NCBI GenBank assembly: GCA_045123255.1 | Contig: JBGVIN010000010.1 | Location: 3,044 to 67,043 of the forward strand | Direction: 5' to 3' | DNA from: Eubacteriales bacterium | GTDB taxonomy: Bacteria; Bacillota; Clostridia; Oscillospirales; CAG-272 | DNA: 64,000 bases | In this document: piece by piece, positions 1 to 8,582 of the stretch | Numbering within the stretch: position 1 is the first letter of the stretch | Layout: every line of letters begins with the position of its first letter | The notes under the pieces: generated by a model | Told to the model about the DNA's origin: nothing | The model's database searches: none | What the model saw: only the letters and a program-made list of their open reading frames with translations | Translations under genes and position numbers: made by a program

Positions 1-266
1 CTTTTTCCTTTGAGATATCCCATAAACCCCGAAACGCTCATTTTGGGCGGGATGCTCACTAGCATATGTATATGGTCGGGACACACTTCTCCCTCTACTA
101 TATCCACACCTTTCCATTGGCATAATTTTCGCATTATCTCTCTTATTTCTAACCGTTTTTCTGCGAAAAACACTTTCCTCCTGTATTTTGGAGCGAACAC
201 GATATGATACTTGCAATTCCATTTCGTATGTGCTAAACTATTTGTGTCTATGGCGTCTTTTTTCAT
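1..266 (-). CDS. tnpA: IS200/IS605-family Y1 (HUH) transposase TnpA, N-terminal 88 codons; remainder lies beyond the window edge
   Basis: Absent from the ORF track because it runs off the window. Manual minus-strand translation from the ATG at 264-266: MKKDAIDTNSLAHTKWNCKYHIVFAPKYRRKVFFAEKRLEIREIMRKLCQWKGVDIVEGEVCPDHIHMLVSIPPKMSVSGFMGYLKGK. The KYHIVFAPKYRR block and the HUH motif (DHIHML) are diagnostic of IS200-type TnpA. GGAGG lies 8 nt upstream of the ATG. Confidence 0.9.
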   Translation of the reverse strand, partial: MKKDAIDTNSLAHTKWNCKYHIVFAPKYRRKVFFAEKRLEIREIMRKLCQWKGVDIVEGEVCPDHIHMLVSIPPKMSVSGFMGYLKGK

Positions 267-395
267 AGATAAATCCTCCGTATGTTTTTTAGATTTGACT
301 GGCAGGTCGCTCTAATTATATCACATACGGAGGATTTTTCCTCACCGGTTAACCTTTTTGGAACCACGCGACTATCGCGTGGTTTTCGTTATACA
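1..395 (-). mobile_element. IS200/IS605-family insertion sequence, left-end portion (partial; continues leftwards out of window)
   Basis: tnpA 5' part plus upstream structured end. A perfect 15-bp inverted repeat (271-285 / 323-337, 37-nt loop) has an arm containing the tnpA Shine-Dalgarno. A 10-bp perfect hairpin sits at 362-384. The outer boundary near 395 is inferred only from the adjacent terminator of the neighbouring gene. Confidence 0.65.
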
Positions 396-398
396 AAA

Positions 399-426
399 AA
401 GAACCCTCATTAAAGAAGGTTCTTTA
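399..426 (-). terminator. rho-independent terminator of the 999-aa surface-protein gene
   Basis: Minus strand reads AAAGAACCTTC-TTTAAT-GAGGGTTC followed by TTTTTTG (A-run 393-400 on plus), directly after the stop at 433. Confidence 0.6.
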
Positions 427-432
427 TTTTTG

Positions 433-3432
433 TTATTCGTCGTCGCCTACGCTAACAGGAAGCGCAATCAAAAGTGATTCGTAGTAATCAGCAAGCTCCT
501 TTACTTCCTTATAAGAAACGCCGCTTGGATTTTCAACGGTTTCTGTATCTTGAACGTAGAAAACCTCACCGCCGTCTATAATATAGAAGCTCATAACAAA
601 GTTAAGCGATTTTTGTGCTTCTCCCAAGCCTGTAAGCTTGATTAAATTAGTGCTGAATTCGTCGATTGCACCGTTGAGCTTAGCTACGCCGCCTCTTGGA
701 TTTCCGCTTTCGTCAAGCGGAGTGTTTTCGCCAAGTGATTTTCTGAGTGCGATAACAGAGCCGTATTCCAAGGTCAATGAATTAGACTCCTCGTAAGCTC
801 TGAGTGCTTCAACGTTTATGCAATACTTAACACTGAGCGCACCCTTGCCGTTTGATTCATTAACGGAATAACCGTAGCAAACAACGAGCGGTGGGAACGT
901 TGCGTTGCCCTCCTTAATACCGTTTCTGCACATTGTGCATCTGTAGGTAAAGTAGCCGGGTCTTGTATATCCGTCGCAGTATTCAATAGTTCCAAAGCTT
1001 TGAAGCGTGTGCGGAAGCAATTCCTTTTCCTTATCTGTGCAATCTATTTCCGTATAGGATGAGCTATTCGTCAGATTAGACACAAACATTTTATATGAGG
1101 TACCCTTTGTTTGACCGCAAGGACAGTCGGTAACGTATCTTATGCTACCTGCCTCGGTACAGGTCGAATCCGTATCTATTCTTTCGTACGCGTGTGTAAT
1201 TCCGTAGTGAATTGTATACGATGGGTATGTAACTCCGTTTTTAGCGGTTGATGAACAGGAATTGAAGCCTTGTGTTATTGACGCGTTTGTATATAACGTA
1301 ACACCGTGGCTCTGATAGAACGTATTAGCTCCGAGTGAAAGTGTGTCCGCGTGGTGATATACAACGCATGGCTTTGCACCCTTATTCATACAGCAGAAGG
1401 TGTAGTCCGTTGATAAATTGGTTACGTCCATCAAAATGATTTTTTGGAGGTAGTAAGCACAGTCAAACGGCTTATTTGCGATAGTTGAAATGCCCTTACC
1501 TACATAGAGGTATTCTACCTTTGAAGCATAGAATGCCTGCTCGCCTGAGAAATTAACGCTGCATCCGTCAACGAAATCAAGCGATTTAACTCCCGACTCC
1601 TTGAACGACTGCTTTCCAAATATATAAACCGAGCCCTTAGAGAAGGTCATTACCTCAAGCGTTGATTGACCGATAAACGCCGCTTCCTTATATTCAACCT
1701 TAGCACCCGTAACGTCGGATCTTATCGACTTAATTGTTTTGGGCGCACATTCCTTTTCAAATACAAGATTTGACGTGTTCTCAATTACTATATTTTCGAG
1801 ATTTGTAAGTCCCTTCAAGCTTGTAACCGTTACGTCAGCTCCCTCACCGAATGTGATGGTTTTAACGCTTGCGTTAGGATTGAGTACCGTAATTTTAACC
1901 TCTGAAATGCCCGCAGGGATATATATTCCGACAATTTGGTCTGCCGTATATGAGCCAAATGCCTTTACTGCCTTTACGGTATATTTTTGAGTTGCCTCAT
2001 CCTGCAAAACGTCAAACACCTCGTTAACCTTTGCGCTAACGCTTTGCTCCGTGCCGCCAACGTTTACAATAATTGTGATTTCATCATTTACCGGATTATA
2101 GTAAATATATTCGTATTTAACACAGGAGCAATCTTCACAGAAATATTTGTCCCAGCCAGGTACAGTTTTCGTAGGGTCCTTGTGTTGGGAAGGAGTGCTT
2201 GGGAAGCTATGCTCGCCTACTGTGCCGTACGAAATGCGAATGTGAGATTCACAGCTTACCTTTGTGCAATAGAAATTATCGTACGTTGCGTGGTTACAGT
2301 TAGCCGCTTGGGTGTTGTTAAGCTCATATTCGTGCTCGCACGGTGTAAATGAAACAACCGTCTTGTACGTAACGCCGTTTGAGCCTGTAAGCTCGATTAC
2401 TTCATAGATAGCTTCATCTATCGTTTGATTAAGCATATCGTAATCCGCCGCGTTTGCAAAGGTAAACGAGCCGCCTGAAATTGTAAAAACCGCGCCGTTT
2501 CTTTCGATATCGTCGAAAAAGCTTTCGGTGGTTGACGTGGTTGTTATGTTACCGCCGTAGATATTTACGTTAATGTTATTACCTGTTACGGTGTGACGAA
2601 GGAACGGACCGCTTATGTTAAGCTGTGCGCCGTCGTAAATTTCAACACGTGGATATCTGTTTGTCGAGTGCGACATTTGAAGCACTGTTTTACAGTTAAC
2701 AATACCGTAAATTTGAATACGTGGGAAGCCTGAAATATTCCAGTCGTTACCGTCCCTACTAAGAACGGAGTTCGGCGCATTTATCGTAACGCCGCTACCT
2801 ACAAACAAACGGCAATGGTCACCGCCCCACGCATGGTTGTAAAGATCTATAAACGTACCCGAGCCAAGATATTCAATTGTACCCGTGCCGTAGAAATGCG
2901 AGCCGTGACGCGAGCCGCCCCAAGCTGTACTAACGCTTGATGCAACGGTTATCTTATGACCGTTAAGAAGGAAGAACGACTCGTATCCCGTTCCGCCACC
3001 GGCAAAGCCAAGCTTCTTCGGTAGCTCCAAATCGTTCATAATTCTTACCTTACATCCGTCCGCACTTACAAGCTTATCTAATTCCTCGTAGGTATAAACG
3101 TCGATGGTGGTGATAGGGAAAAGCTTCGCGCTCTCGTAAAACGTAACGGTAGTGCCGCCCTCCCAAGCGCGTCCGTCCTCGGTGTACCAGTTAAAGGAGC
3201 TACCTGCGGAAACCGCCTTTGACGGAAGCATAACCGTTTCTCCGCGATGGATATCGGCAACGCCCTCGATTATTACGTTGGTATTGATGCTTTTGTCAAT
3301 AGCATTACCCGTAGTATAGAATTCAATAGAAATAATATCACTCGGTGCTGCATAAACCATAGTGGCAAACAAAACGCCCACTATAAGGGTAAGAAGCAAG
3401 GTGAGTATAATTTTCCCTTTCGTTTTCATCAT
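433..3432 (-). CDS. secreted cell-surface protein with BspA-type leucine-rich repeats, Cys-rich modules and a C-terminal domain shared with the 570-aa protein
   Basis: 999-aa ORF. Signal peptide MMKTKGKIILTLLLTLIVGVLFATMVYA. AAGGAG RBS upstream. LRR_5-like stretch (FGKQSFKESGVKSLDFVDGCSVNFSGEQAFYASKVEYLYVGKGISTIANKPFDCAYYLQKIILMD). Cys clusters (TCTEAGSIRYVTDCPCG, YRCTMCRNG). Confidence 0.75.
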   Translation of the reverse strand: MMKTKGKIILTLLLTLIVGVLFATMVYAAPSDIISIEFYTTGNAIDKSINTNVIIEGVADIHRGETVMLPSKAVSAGSSFNWYTEDGRAWEGGTTVTFYESAKLFPITTIDVYTYEELDKLVSADGCKVRIMNDLELPKKLGFAGGGTGYESFFLLNGHKITVASSVSTAWGGSRHGSHFYGTGTIEYLGSGTFIDLYNHAWGGDHCRLFVGSGVTINAPNSVLSRDGNDWNISGFPRIQIYGIVNCKTVLQMSHSTNRYPRVEIYDGAQLNISGPFLRHTVTGNNINVNIYGGNITTTSTTESFFDDIERNGAVFTISGGSFTFANAADYDMLNQTIDEAIYEVIELTGSNGVTYKTVVSFTPCEHEYELNNTQAANCNHATYDNFYCTKVSCESHIRISYGTVGEHSFPSTPSQHKDPTKTVPGWDKYFCEDCSCVKYEYIYYNPVNDEITIIVNVGGTEQSVSAKVNEVFDVLQDEATQKYTVKAVKAFGSYTADQIVGIYIPAGISEVKITVLNPNASVKTITFGEGADVTVTSLKGLTNLENIVIENTSNLVFEKECAPKTIKSIRSDVTGAKVEYKEAAFIGQSTLEVMTFSKGSVYIFGKQSFKESGVKSLDFVDGCSVNFSGEQAFYASKVEYLYVGKGISTIANKPFDCAYYLQKIILMDVTNLSTDYTFCCMNKGAKPCVVYHHADTLSLGANTFYQSHGVTLYTNASITQGFNSCSSTAKNGVTYPSYTIHYGITHAYERIDTDSTCTEAGSIRYVTDCPCGQTKGTSYKMFVSNLTNSSSYTEIDCTDKEKELLPHTLQSFGTIEYCDGYTRPGYFTYRCTMCRNGIKEGNATFPPLVVCYGYSVNESNGKGALSVKYCINVEALRAYEESNSLTLEYGSVIALRKSLGENTPLDESGNPRGGVAKLNGAIDEFSTNLIKLTGLGEAQKSLNFVMSFYIIDGGEVFYVQDTETVENPSGVSYKEVKELADYYESLLIALPVSVGDDE

Positions 3433-3633
3433 TTATAAACTCCTTAAAGCAAAGCCAATCAGGCAAATTACGTATAATAATATACTCATACAGGTTAATT
3501 ATAACATTATAATATAGCTTTGTCAACTTTTTTTGTTTATATTATACAACTTTTTTGCGCGTTTCGGCTTTTTATTGCAATAATGCACAACGATGGTAGA
3601 AATATCAAAGAGCGTTCGACAAAACATGCCTTC

Positions 3634-3666
3634 ATAAAGAAAACGGCTCCCGAAAGGAAGCCGTTT
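3634..3666 (-). terminator. rho-independent terminator after tpiA
   Basis: Minus strand AAACGGCTTCC-TTTC-GGGAGCCGTTT followed by TCTTTAT, about 20 nt after the tpiA stop (3684-3686). Confidence 0.75.
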
Positions 3667-3683
3667 AATGTAAACCATAATGA

Positions 3684-4439
3684 TTATTGAGCTGCGTCAA
3701 CGATTATTGAGAAGTCCTTAGCCTTCAAGGAAGCGCCACCGATAAGACCGCCGTCAACGTTTTCCTTTGCAAGAAGCTCCTTAGCATTAGAAGCGTTCAT
3801 TGATCCGCCGTATTGAATAATAATCTTTTCAGCAGCATCGCTACCGTAAAGTGATTTTACGGTTTCACGGATAACTCCGCAGGTTTCGTCTGCTTGCTCG
3901 GGAGTTGCTGTAAGACCTGTGCCTATCGCCCAAACAGGCTCGTATGCGATGATAACCTGTGCAAGCTCTGCCTCTGTAATATCCTTAAGAGCGAGCTTTG
4001 TTTGCATAGAAACAACCTCGTTTGTAATGCCGTTTAATCTTTCGTCCTTAACCTCGCCAAGGCAAAGAAGAACCTTCATGCCTGCTTTGATTGCAGCTTT
4101 AGTGCGAAGATTTACGGTTGTATCTGTTTCGCCAAAGTATTGACGTCTTTCGCTGTGACCAACTATAACGTACTCAACGCCGCACTCCTTGAGCATGCTT
4201 GCAGAGATTTCGCCTGTGAAAGCACCCTTTTCCTCAAAGTGAACGTTTTCAGCACCGATTTTGATGTTTGAGCCTGCAGCTGCCTCTTGTGCTGCATAGA
4301 TATCTACGAACGGTACGCAGAAAATAATATCGCAATTGTCCTTACCTGCAACGAGTGGCTTTGTTTCCTCAATAAGAGCCTTTGCCTGTGAAGGTGTCAT
4401 ATTCATTTTCCAGTTACCTGCAATTACTTTTCTTCTCAT
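3684..4439 (-). CDS. tpiA: triosephosphate isomerase
   Basis: MRRKVIAGNWKMN..., IVGHSERR, AYEPVWAIGTG and GGASLK motifs. The start is moved from the track ATG (4457) to the ATG at 4439, which has AGGAGA 8 nt upstream. Confidence 0.95.
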   Translation of the reverse strand: MRRKVIAGNWKMNMTPSQAKALIEETKPLVAGKDNCDIIFCVPFVDIYAAQEAAAGSNIKIGAENVHFEEKGAFTGEISASMLKECGVEYVIVGHSERRQYFGETDTTVNLRTKAAIKAGMKVLLCLGEVKDERLNGITNEVVSMQTKLALKDITEAELAQVIIAYEPVWAIGTGLTATPEQADETCGVIRETVKSLYGSDAAEKIIIQYGGSMNASNAKELLAKENVDGGLIGGASLKAKDFSIIVDAAQ

Positions 4440-4467
4440 TGTTTTTTCTCCTATCATATTATATTTC

Positions 4468-4488
4468 GTTCATATGAACATATGTTCA
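4468..4488. promoter_or_regulatory. overlapping palindromes GTTCATATGAAC / GAACATATGTTC; the second matches the Firmicute LexA (Cheo) box core
   Basis: The sequence cGTTCATATGAACATATGTTCa lies 30-50 nt upstream of the tpiA start, next to a TATAAT hexamer (minus strand ...gaacgaaaTATAATatgataggag). TGAACATATGTTCA equals the consensus CGAACATATGTTCG except for the two flanking bases. Confidence 0.3.
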
Positions 4489-4571
4489 AATAAGCATTTA
4501 GAACGCAAAATTCAATTGTAAAAGTGGCGCAAAACCTTGTATTTATTGGGTTTGTCCGCATTTACAGTGGA

Positions 4572-4822
4572 AAGGGGATGTTGCAATAAGCACAGAACAA
4601 AAACAGACGCATTCCTAAATCAAATCAAGTTTATTCGTTAATTTTAGGACGATTTAAGGTTGAGAGCTTGCAATTTGTTGCAAGTTCTCTTCTTTTTTAT
4701 GTCTATTTTTTAGACGCGACCTCGCACTCTACCGTACTAAGTACGCCGACGTGTACGAGTTCACGCCTTCTGCACTCATTTCACTATCCCCTGAAAACGG
4801 GCGTCGCTAACGCGACAGCACC
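4572..4822 (+). repeat. interspersed ~250-bp element, copy 1 (inverted relative to copy 2 at 52108-52442)
   Basis: By-eye alignment of the reverse complement of 4572-4822 with 52108-52442 is collinear end to end. Shared segments include GGGGATAGTGAAATGAGTG, GGTCGCGTCTAAAAAA, GAGAACTTGCAACAAATTGCAAG, TTAGGAATGCGTCTGTTTTTG and CTGTGCTTATTGCAACAT. It carries a 12-bp-stem hairpin plus T-run at 4662-4698 (plus strand) and a hairpin at 4800-4822. Confidence 0.85.
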
Positions 4823-4840
4823 TTATATGCAAAATATTAA

Positions 4841-6142
4841 TTATTCCTTGTCCATAAGGCATGCAATGCCTGGAAGCTCAAGACCCTCAAGGAATTCAAG
4901 TGAAGCGCCGCCACCTGTTGAGATGTGTGTCATCTTATCAGCAAAGCCGAGCTTTTCAACAGCTGCAGCTGAGTCGCCGCCGCCGATGATTGAAATTGCG
5001 CCGCTTTCTGCAACCGCATTAGCAACACACTCAGTACCTGCTGCAAAGTTCTTCCATTCGCTAACACCCATAGGGCCGTTCCAAACAACAGTGCCTGCGC
5101 CCTTAATTGCGTCTGCAAAGAGTGCTTGTGTCTTAGGACCGATGTCAAGACCCATCATATCGTCAGGAATTTCGTTTGAGTTGCAGAACCAAGCCTCTGT
5201 GTTCTCGTCATATTCCTTACCAACCTTGTTGTCAACAGGAATTAAGAACTTAACACCCTTAGCCTCTGCCTTAGCCATCATTTCCTTTGCAAGCTCAACC
5301 TTGTCGTCCTCGCAAAGTGACGTACCAACAGTGTAGCCGAGTGCCTTAAAGAATGTGTAAGCCATACCGCCGCCGATGATAAGTGTGTCAACCTTTTCAA
5401 TGAGGTTGTTAATAACGCCGATCTTGTCAGAAACCTTAGCGCCGCCAAGGATAGCAACGAATGGACGCGCAGGATCAGCAAGAGCCTTACCCATAACGCC
5501 GATTTCCTTTTGAATGAGGTAACCGCAAACTGCAGGGAGGTAGTCAGCAACGCCTGCTGTTGTAGCGTGTGCGCGGTGAGCTGTACCGAATGCATCGTTT
5601 ACGTAAATTTCTGCATATGCAGCGAGTTCCTTTGCAAATTCAGGATTGTTCTTTGTTTCTCTTGCATCGAAACGAACGTTTTCAAGAAGAACTGCCTTGC
5701 CATTTTCAAGAGCTTGAACCTTAGCCTTAGCATCAGCGCCAACGATATCGTTTGCAAATGCAACTGTGCCCTCGCCAAGAAGCTCGTTCAATCTTGCAGC
5801 AACAGGAGCGAGTGTGAACTTTTCCTTGTCGCCAAGAGCCTTCTTAAGAAGCTCAGCTGTTGCAGCTGCTCTTTCGTTTTCAGGAAGCTCCTCAACCTTT
5901 TTCTTTTCCTTCTTGTTAAGACCGAAGCCCTCTGTAAGAATGCTGTGTGGCTTGCCCATGTGTGAGCAAAGGATAACCTTTGCGCCGTTGTCAAGCAAAT
6001 ACTTGATTGTAGGAAGTGCGCCGATAATTCTCTTGTCGCTTGTGATTTTGCCGTCCTTCATAGGAACGTTGAAGTCACATCTAACAAGCACGGTTTTGCC
6101 GCTAACGTTAACGTCTTCAATTGTTTTCTTGTTGTAGGTCAT
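4841..6142 (-). CDS. pgk: phosphoglycerate kinase (with an about 40-aa charged insertion after the N-terminal GKP motif)
   Basis: 433-aa [47 protein letters not shown] and [13 protein letters not shown] motifs. AGGAGA RBS upstream. Confidence 0.95.
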   Translation of the reverse strand: MTYNKKTIEDVNVSGKTVLVRCDFNVPMKDGKITSDKRIIGALPTIKYLLDNGAKVILCSHMGKPHSILTEGFGLNKKEKKKVEELPENERAAATAELLKKALGDKEKFTLAPVAARLNELLGEGTVAFANDIVGADAKAKVQALENGKAVLLENVRFDARETKNNPEFAKELAAYAEIYVNDAFGTAHRAHATTAGVADYLPAVCGYLIQKEIGVMGKALADPARPFVAILGGAKVSDKIGVINNLIEKVDTLIIGGGMAYTFFKALGYTVGTSLCEDDKVELAKEMMAKAEAKGVKFLIPVDNKVGKEYDENTEAWFCNSNEIPDDMMGLDIGPKTQALFADAIKGAGTVVWNGPMGVSEWKNFAAGTECVANAVAESGAISIIGGGDSAAAVEKLGFADKMTHISTGGGASLEFLEGLELPGIACLMDKE

Positions 6143-6214
6143 TTTTTTATTCTCCTATCTAAATTATTAACTAAATCAGTGGAAAAATTTGGTTTCCCAA
6201 AATTTTTCGCAAAT

Positions 6215-6243
6215 ATTATAACATAAAGTAATTAAATATGCAA
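6215..6243 (-). promoter_or_regulatory. sigma-A-type promoter of pgk
   Basis: Minus strand TTGCAT-17 nt-TATAAT with TGn extended -10 (-10 = 6215-6220, -35 = 6238-6243), about 70 nt upstream of the pgk start. Confidence 0.55.
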
Positions 6244-6266
6244 TAGTTTTTTATTTAATTATAGAT

Positions 6267-7106
6267 TTATCTAAATATGAAATAATATACCAAAAGTATT
6301 ATACCGAGTATTATTCTGTACCAGCCAAAAAGTGCAAAGGTATGCTTTTTGACAAATCGCATAAGTGCCTTTATAGTTGCGAACGAAACAATAAACGAAA
6401 CGAGCGTGCCAACGTAAATAATAAGAAGCTCAAGGGGTGAAATTGTAACGCCGTCAAGTAGGATAACCTTCACGAGCTTAAGCAGCGTCGCGCCCGCCAT
6501 AACGGGTATAGCAAGGAAAAAGGAAAACTCAGCTGCACTAACGCGATTAACCCCAAGCAACGATGCGCCGAGAATTGTCGAGCCTGAGCGCGACGTACCC
6601 GGGATTAAGGCAAGCACCTGAAATACACCCACCTTGAGCGAGGTTTTGTAGTTTAAGGAGTCAACCGTTAGATATTTATATTTTCTTTTTTTGTTTATAG
6701 CTTCTATTACGATAAACAAAACGCCGTAAAACACAAGTGCCACGGAAACGGTAATAAAATTATAAAAATGCTCGTCAAGGAAGTCGTCAAGCAAAACGCC
6801 GATTATTGCCGCAGGCAAAACCGCAACTATTACCTTTTTCCAAAGTGAAACCGTCTCTTTTTTCAAAATGAAGCGACCCTGTGTCTTTTTTACGGGGTTT
6901 AGCTTGTCAAAAAACAGGATTAAAACCGCAAGAATAGAGCCAAGCTGACAAACAACCTCGAAAATCTCCCAAGCTCCGTCACTAATATTCAATTTTACAA
7001 ACTCATTTGCAATAATCATATGCCCCGTGCTTGATACGGGCAACCATTCGGTAACACCTTGAATTATGCCTATAAATATCGCCTTTAGAATTTCAACAAA
7101 AACCAT
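6267..7106 (-). CDS. uppP: undecaprenyl-diphosphate phosphatase
   Basis: GVTEWLPVSSTGHMII and PGTSRSGSTI motifs; polytopic membrane protein. Start chosen at the ATG at 7106 (MVFVEILKA...) with AGGAGA upstream; the track start at 7148 is less likely. Confidence 0.9.
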   Translation of the reverse strand: MVFVEILKAIFIGIIQGVTEWLPVSSTGHMIIANEFVKLNISDGAWEIFEVVCQLGSILAVLILFFDKLNPVKKTQGRFILKKETVSLWKKVIVAVLPAAIIGVLLDDFLDEHFYNFITVSVALVFYGVLFIVIEAINKKRKYKYLTVDSLNYKTSLKVGVFQVLALIPGTSRSGSTILGASLLGVNRVSAAEFSFFLAIPVMAGATLLKLVKVILLDGVTISPLELLIIYVGTLVSFIVSFATIKALMRFVKKHTFALFGWYRIILGIILLVYYFIFR

Positions 7107-7206
7107 AAAATCTCCTATTTTGTGTTGATTTTGCAGGGGAAGTGTCAATTTTTCAGAGCAAAGAAGCAGAGGTCATTCTCCCGTGTGGGTTATTCTCTTA
7201 AGCTGG

Positions 7207-8439
7207 TCATTCTCCCGAGCGGATAATATCTCCTGCCTTAACCTCGTACGGAACCTTCATTCTAAATTCCATATATGGATGAGGTGCGGACTCGATTTTT
7301 TCGCCGTTTGGTAAGGTTAGCTCGCTTGCAATAAAGCGTCTGCCAATTTGACCCGGGGTGATAATTTCGCACACGTCCCCCTCTTTAATTTTGTTTCTTT
7401 GAGTAAAAGTGGCGTACCCTGTGTCGCTATTTTCGGTTGCAACGCACAAATACGCTTTTTCACGCAGGTATCCGTTTTGGGTAACAACCTGTGGATTTTT
7501 CATTGGACTGTCGTAGTAAAAGCCCGTTGCATATTCTCTGTGTGAAACGCTTTCAAGCTCGCGCAGCCAAAGCGGATTGTACTTATAATTTTCAGGCGAG
7601 CTTAGGTATTCATTCATCGCCATTTTATAAGTATTAGCGCAGATAGCGGTGTAGTATGCACTCTTCATTCTTCCCTCGATTTTGAAGCTGTCTATGCCGC
7701 TTCGCATCAAGTCGTCAATATGCTCAATCATACACATATCCTTAGAGGACATAACGAACGAGCCTTCCTTGTATTCCTCAACGTTGAGTGCGTCGTCAAG
7801 GCGTTTTTCCTCGGCAAAAGCAAGAGGGAGTGAGTTTGTGTAGTTCCAACGGCAGGGCTGAGCGCACGCGCCACGATTGGCGTCTCTGCCTGTGTAGAAA
7901 TTAGAAAGAAGGCATCTGCCGCTATAAGAAATGCACATTGAGCCGTGAATAAAGCATTCAAGCTCTAAGTCCTTCGGCGTATTTCTTCTAATCTCGTTAA
8001 TCTCGTCAAGTGAAAGCTCGCGTGCAAGCACAACGCGCTTTGCACCCAACCTATAATAAGCATTCGCCGCATCAGCTGACACAACGCTTGCCTGTGTTGA
8101 GATGTGAATTTCCATATTTGGGATTAGCTCGCGTGCAAGCATAATAACGCCAAGATCGGAGATTATAAGCGCATCGACACCTATTCTATCATATTCAAGT
8201 AAATATTTTTTTAGTCGCGGGTATTCATTTGTATGAGGCATAGTGTTTACGGTAACGTAAATTTTCACACCGCGTGCATGGGCGTATTCGGTTGCCTCTT
8301 TTAGCTCCTCGAGTGAGAAATTATCGGCAGCTGCGCGCATACCGAACATATCGGAGGCGAGATAAACCGCATCAGCGCCATACAAAATAGCCGCCTTCAT
8401 TTTTTCAAAATTTCCCGCAGGACAAAGTAGTTCCTTCAT
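7207..8439 (-). CDS. peptidase U32 family protein (collagenase-like / PrtC-type)
   Basis: 410 aa. N-terminus MKELLCPAGNFEKMKAAILYGADAVYL. The SYSGRCLLSNFYTGRDANRGACAQPCRW block is typical of U32 proteins. Confidence 0.85.
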   Translation of the reverse strand: MKELLCPAGNFEKMKAAILYGADAVYLASDMFGMRAAADNFSLEELKEATEYAHARGVKIYVTVNTMPHTNEYPRLKKYLLEYDRIGVDALIISDLGVIMLARELIPNMEIHISTQASVVSADAANAYYRLGAKRVVLARELSLDEINEIRRNTPKDLELECFIHGSMCISYSGRCLLSNFYTGRDANRGACAQPCRWNYTNSLPLAFAEEKRLDDALNVEEYKEGSFVMSSKDMCMIEHIDDLMRSGIDSFKIEGRMKSAYYTAICANTYKMAMNEYLSSPENYKYNPLWLRELESVSHREYATGFYYDSPMKNPQVVTQNGYLREKAYLCVATENSDTGYATFTQRNKIKEGDVCEIITPGQIGRRFIASELTLPNGEKIESAPHPYMEFRMKVPYEVKAGDIIRSGE

Positions 8440-8582
8440 TTATATCCACCGTTTCATTTTTCTTTATCCTTTTTATTTTATCATATATTATTTTGCGTGT
8501 CAATATTATAATGAAGCGACCTTGACAAGTAGCAAAGCGGAATGATATAATAATTGTAGATTAGAAACCGACGGAGCATAAA

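Noticed and set aside
10-207. 65-aa plus-strand ORF at the left edge
   Set aside because: It is antisense to the clearly recognisable IS200-type tnpA reading frame (1-266, minus).
4668-5336. 222-aa plus-strand ORF overlapping the pgk 3' half and the repeat element
   Set aside because: It is antisense to the unambiguous pgk gene, has a Ser/Pro/Ala-rich low-complexity translation, and has no RBS.
7165-7222. 13-nt direct repeat GGTCATTCTCCCG (once in the uppP-U32 spacer, once at the U32 3' end) as a possible recombination scar
   Set aside because: It is too short to distinguish from chance and has no associated structural change. Noted only.
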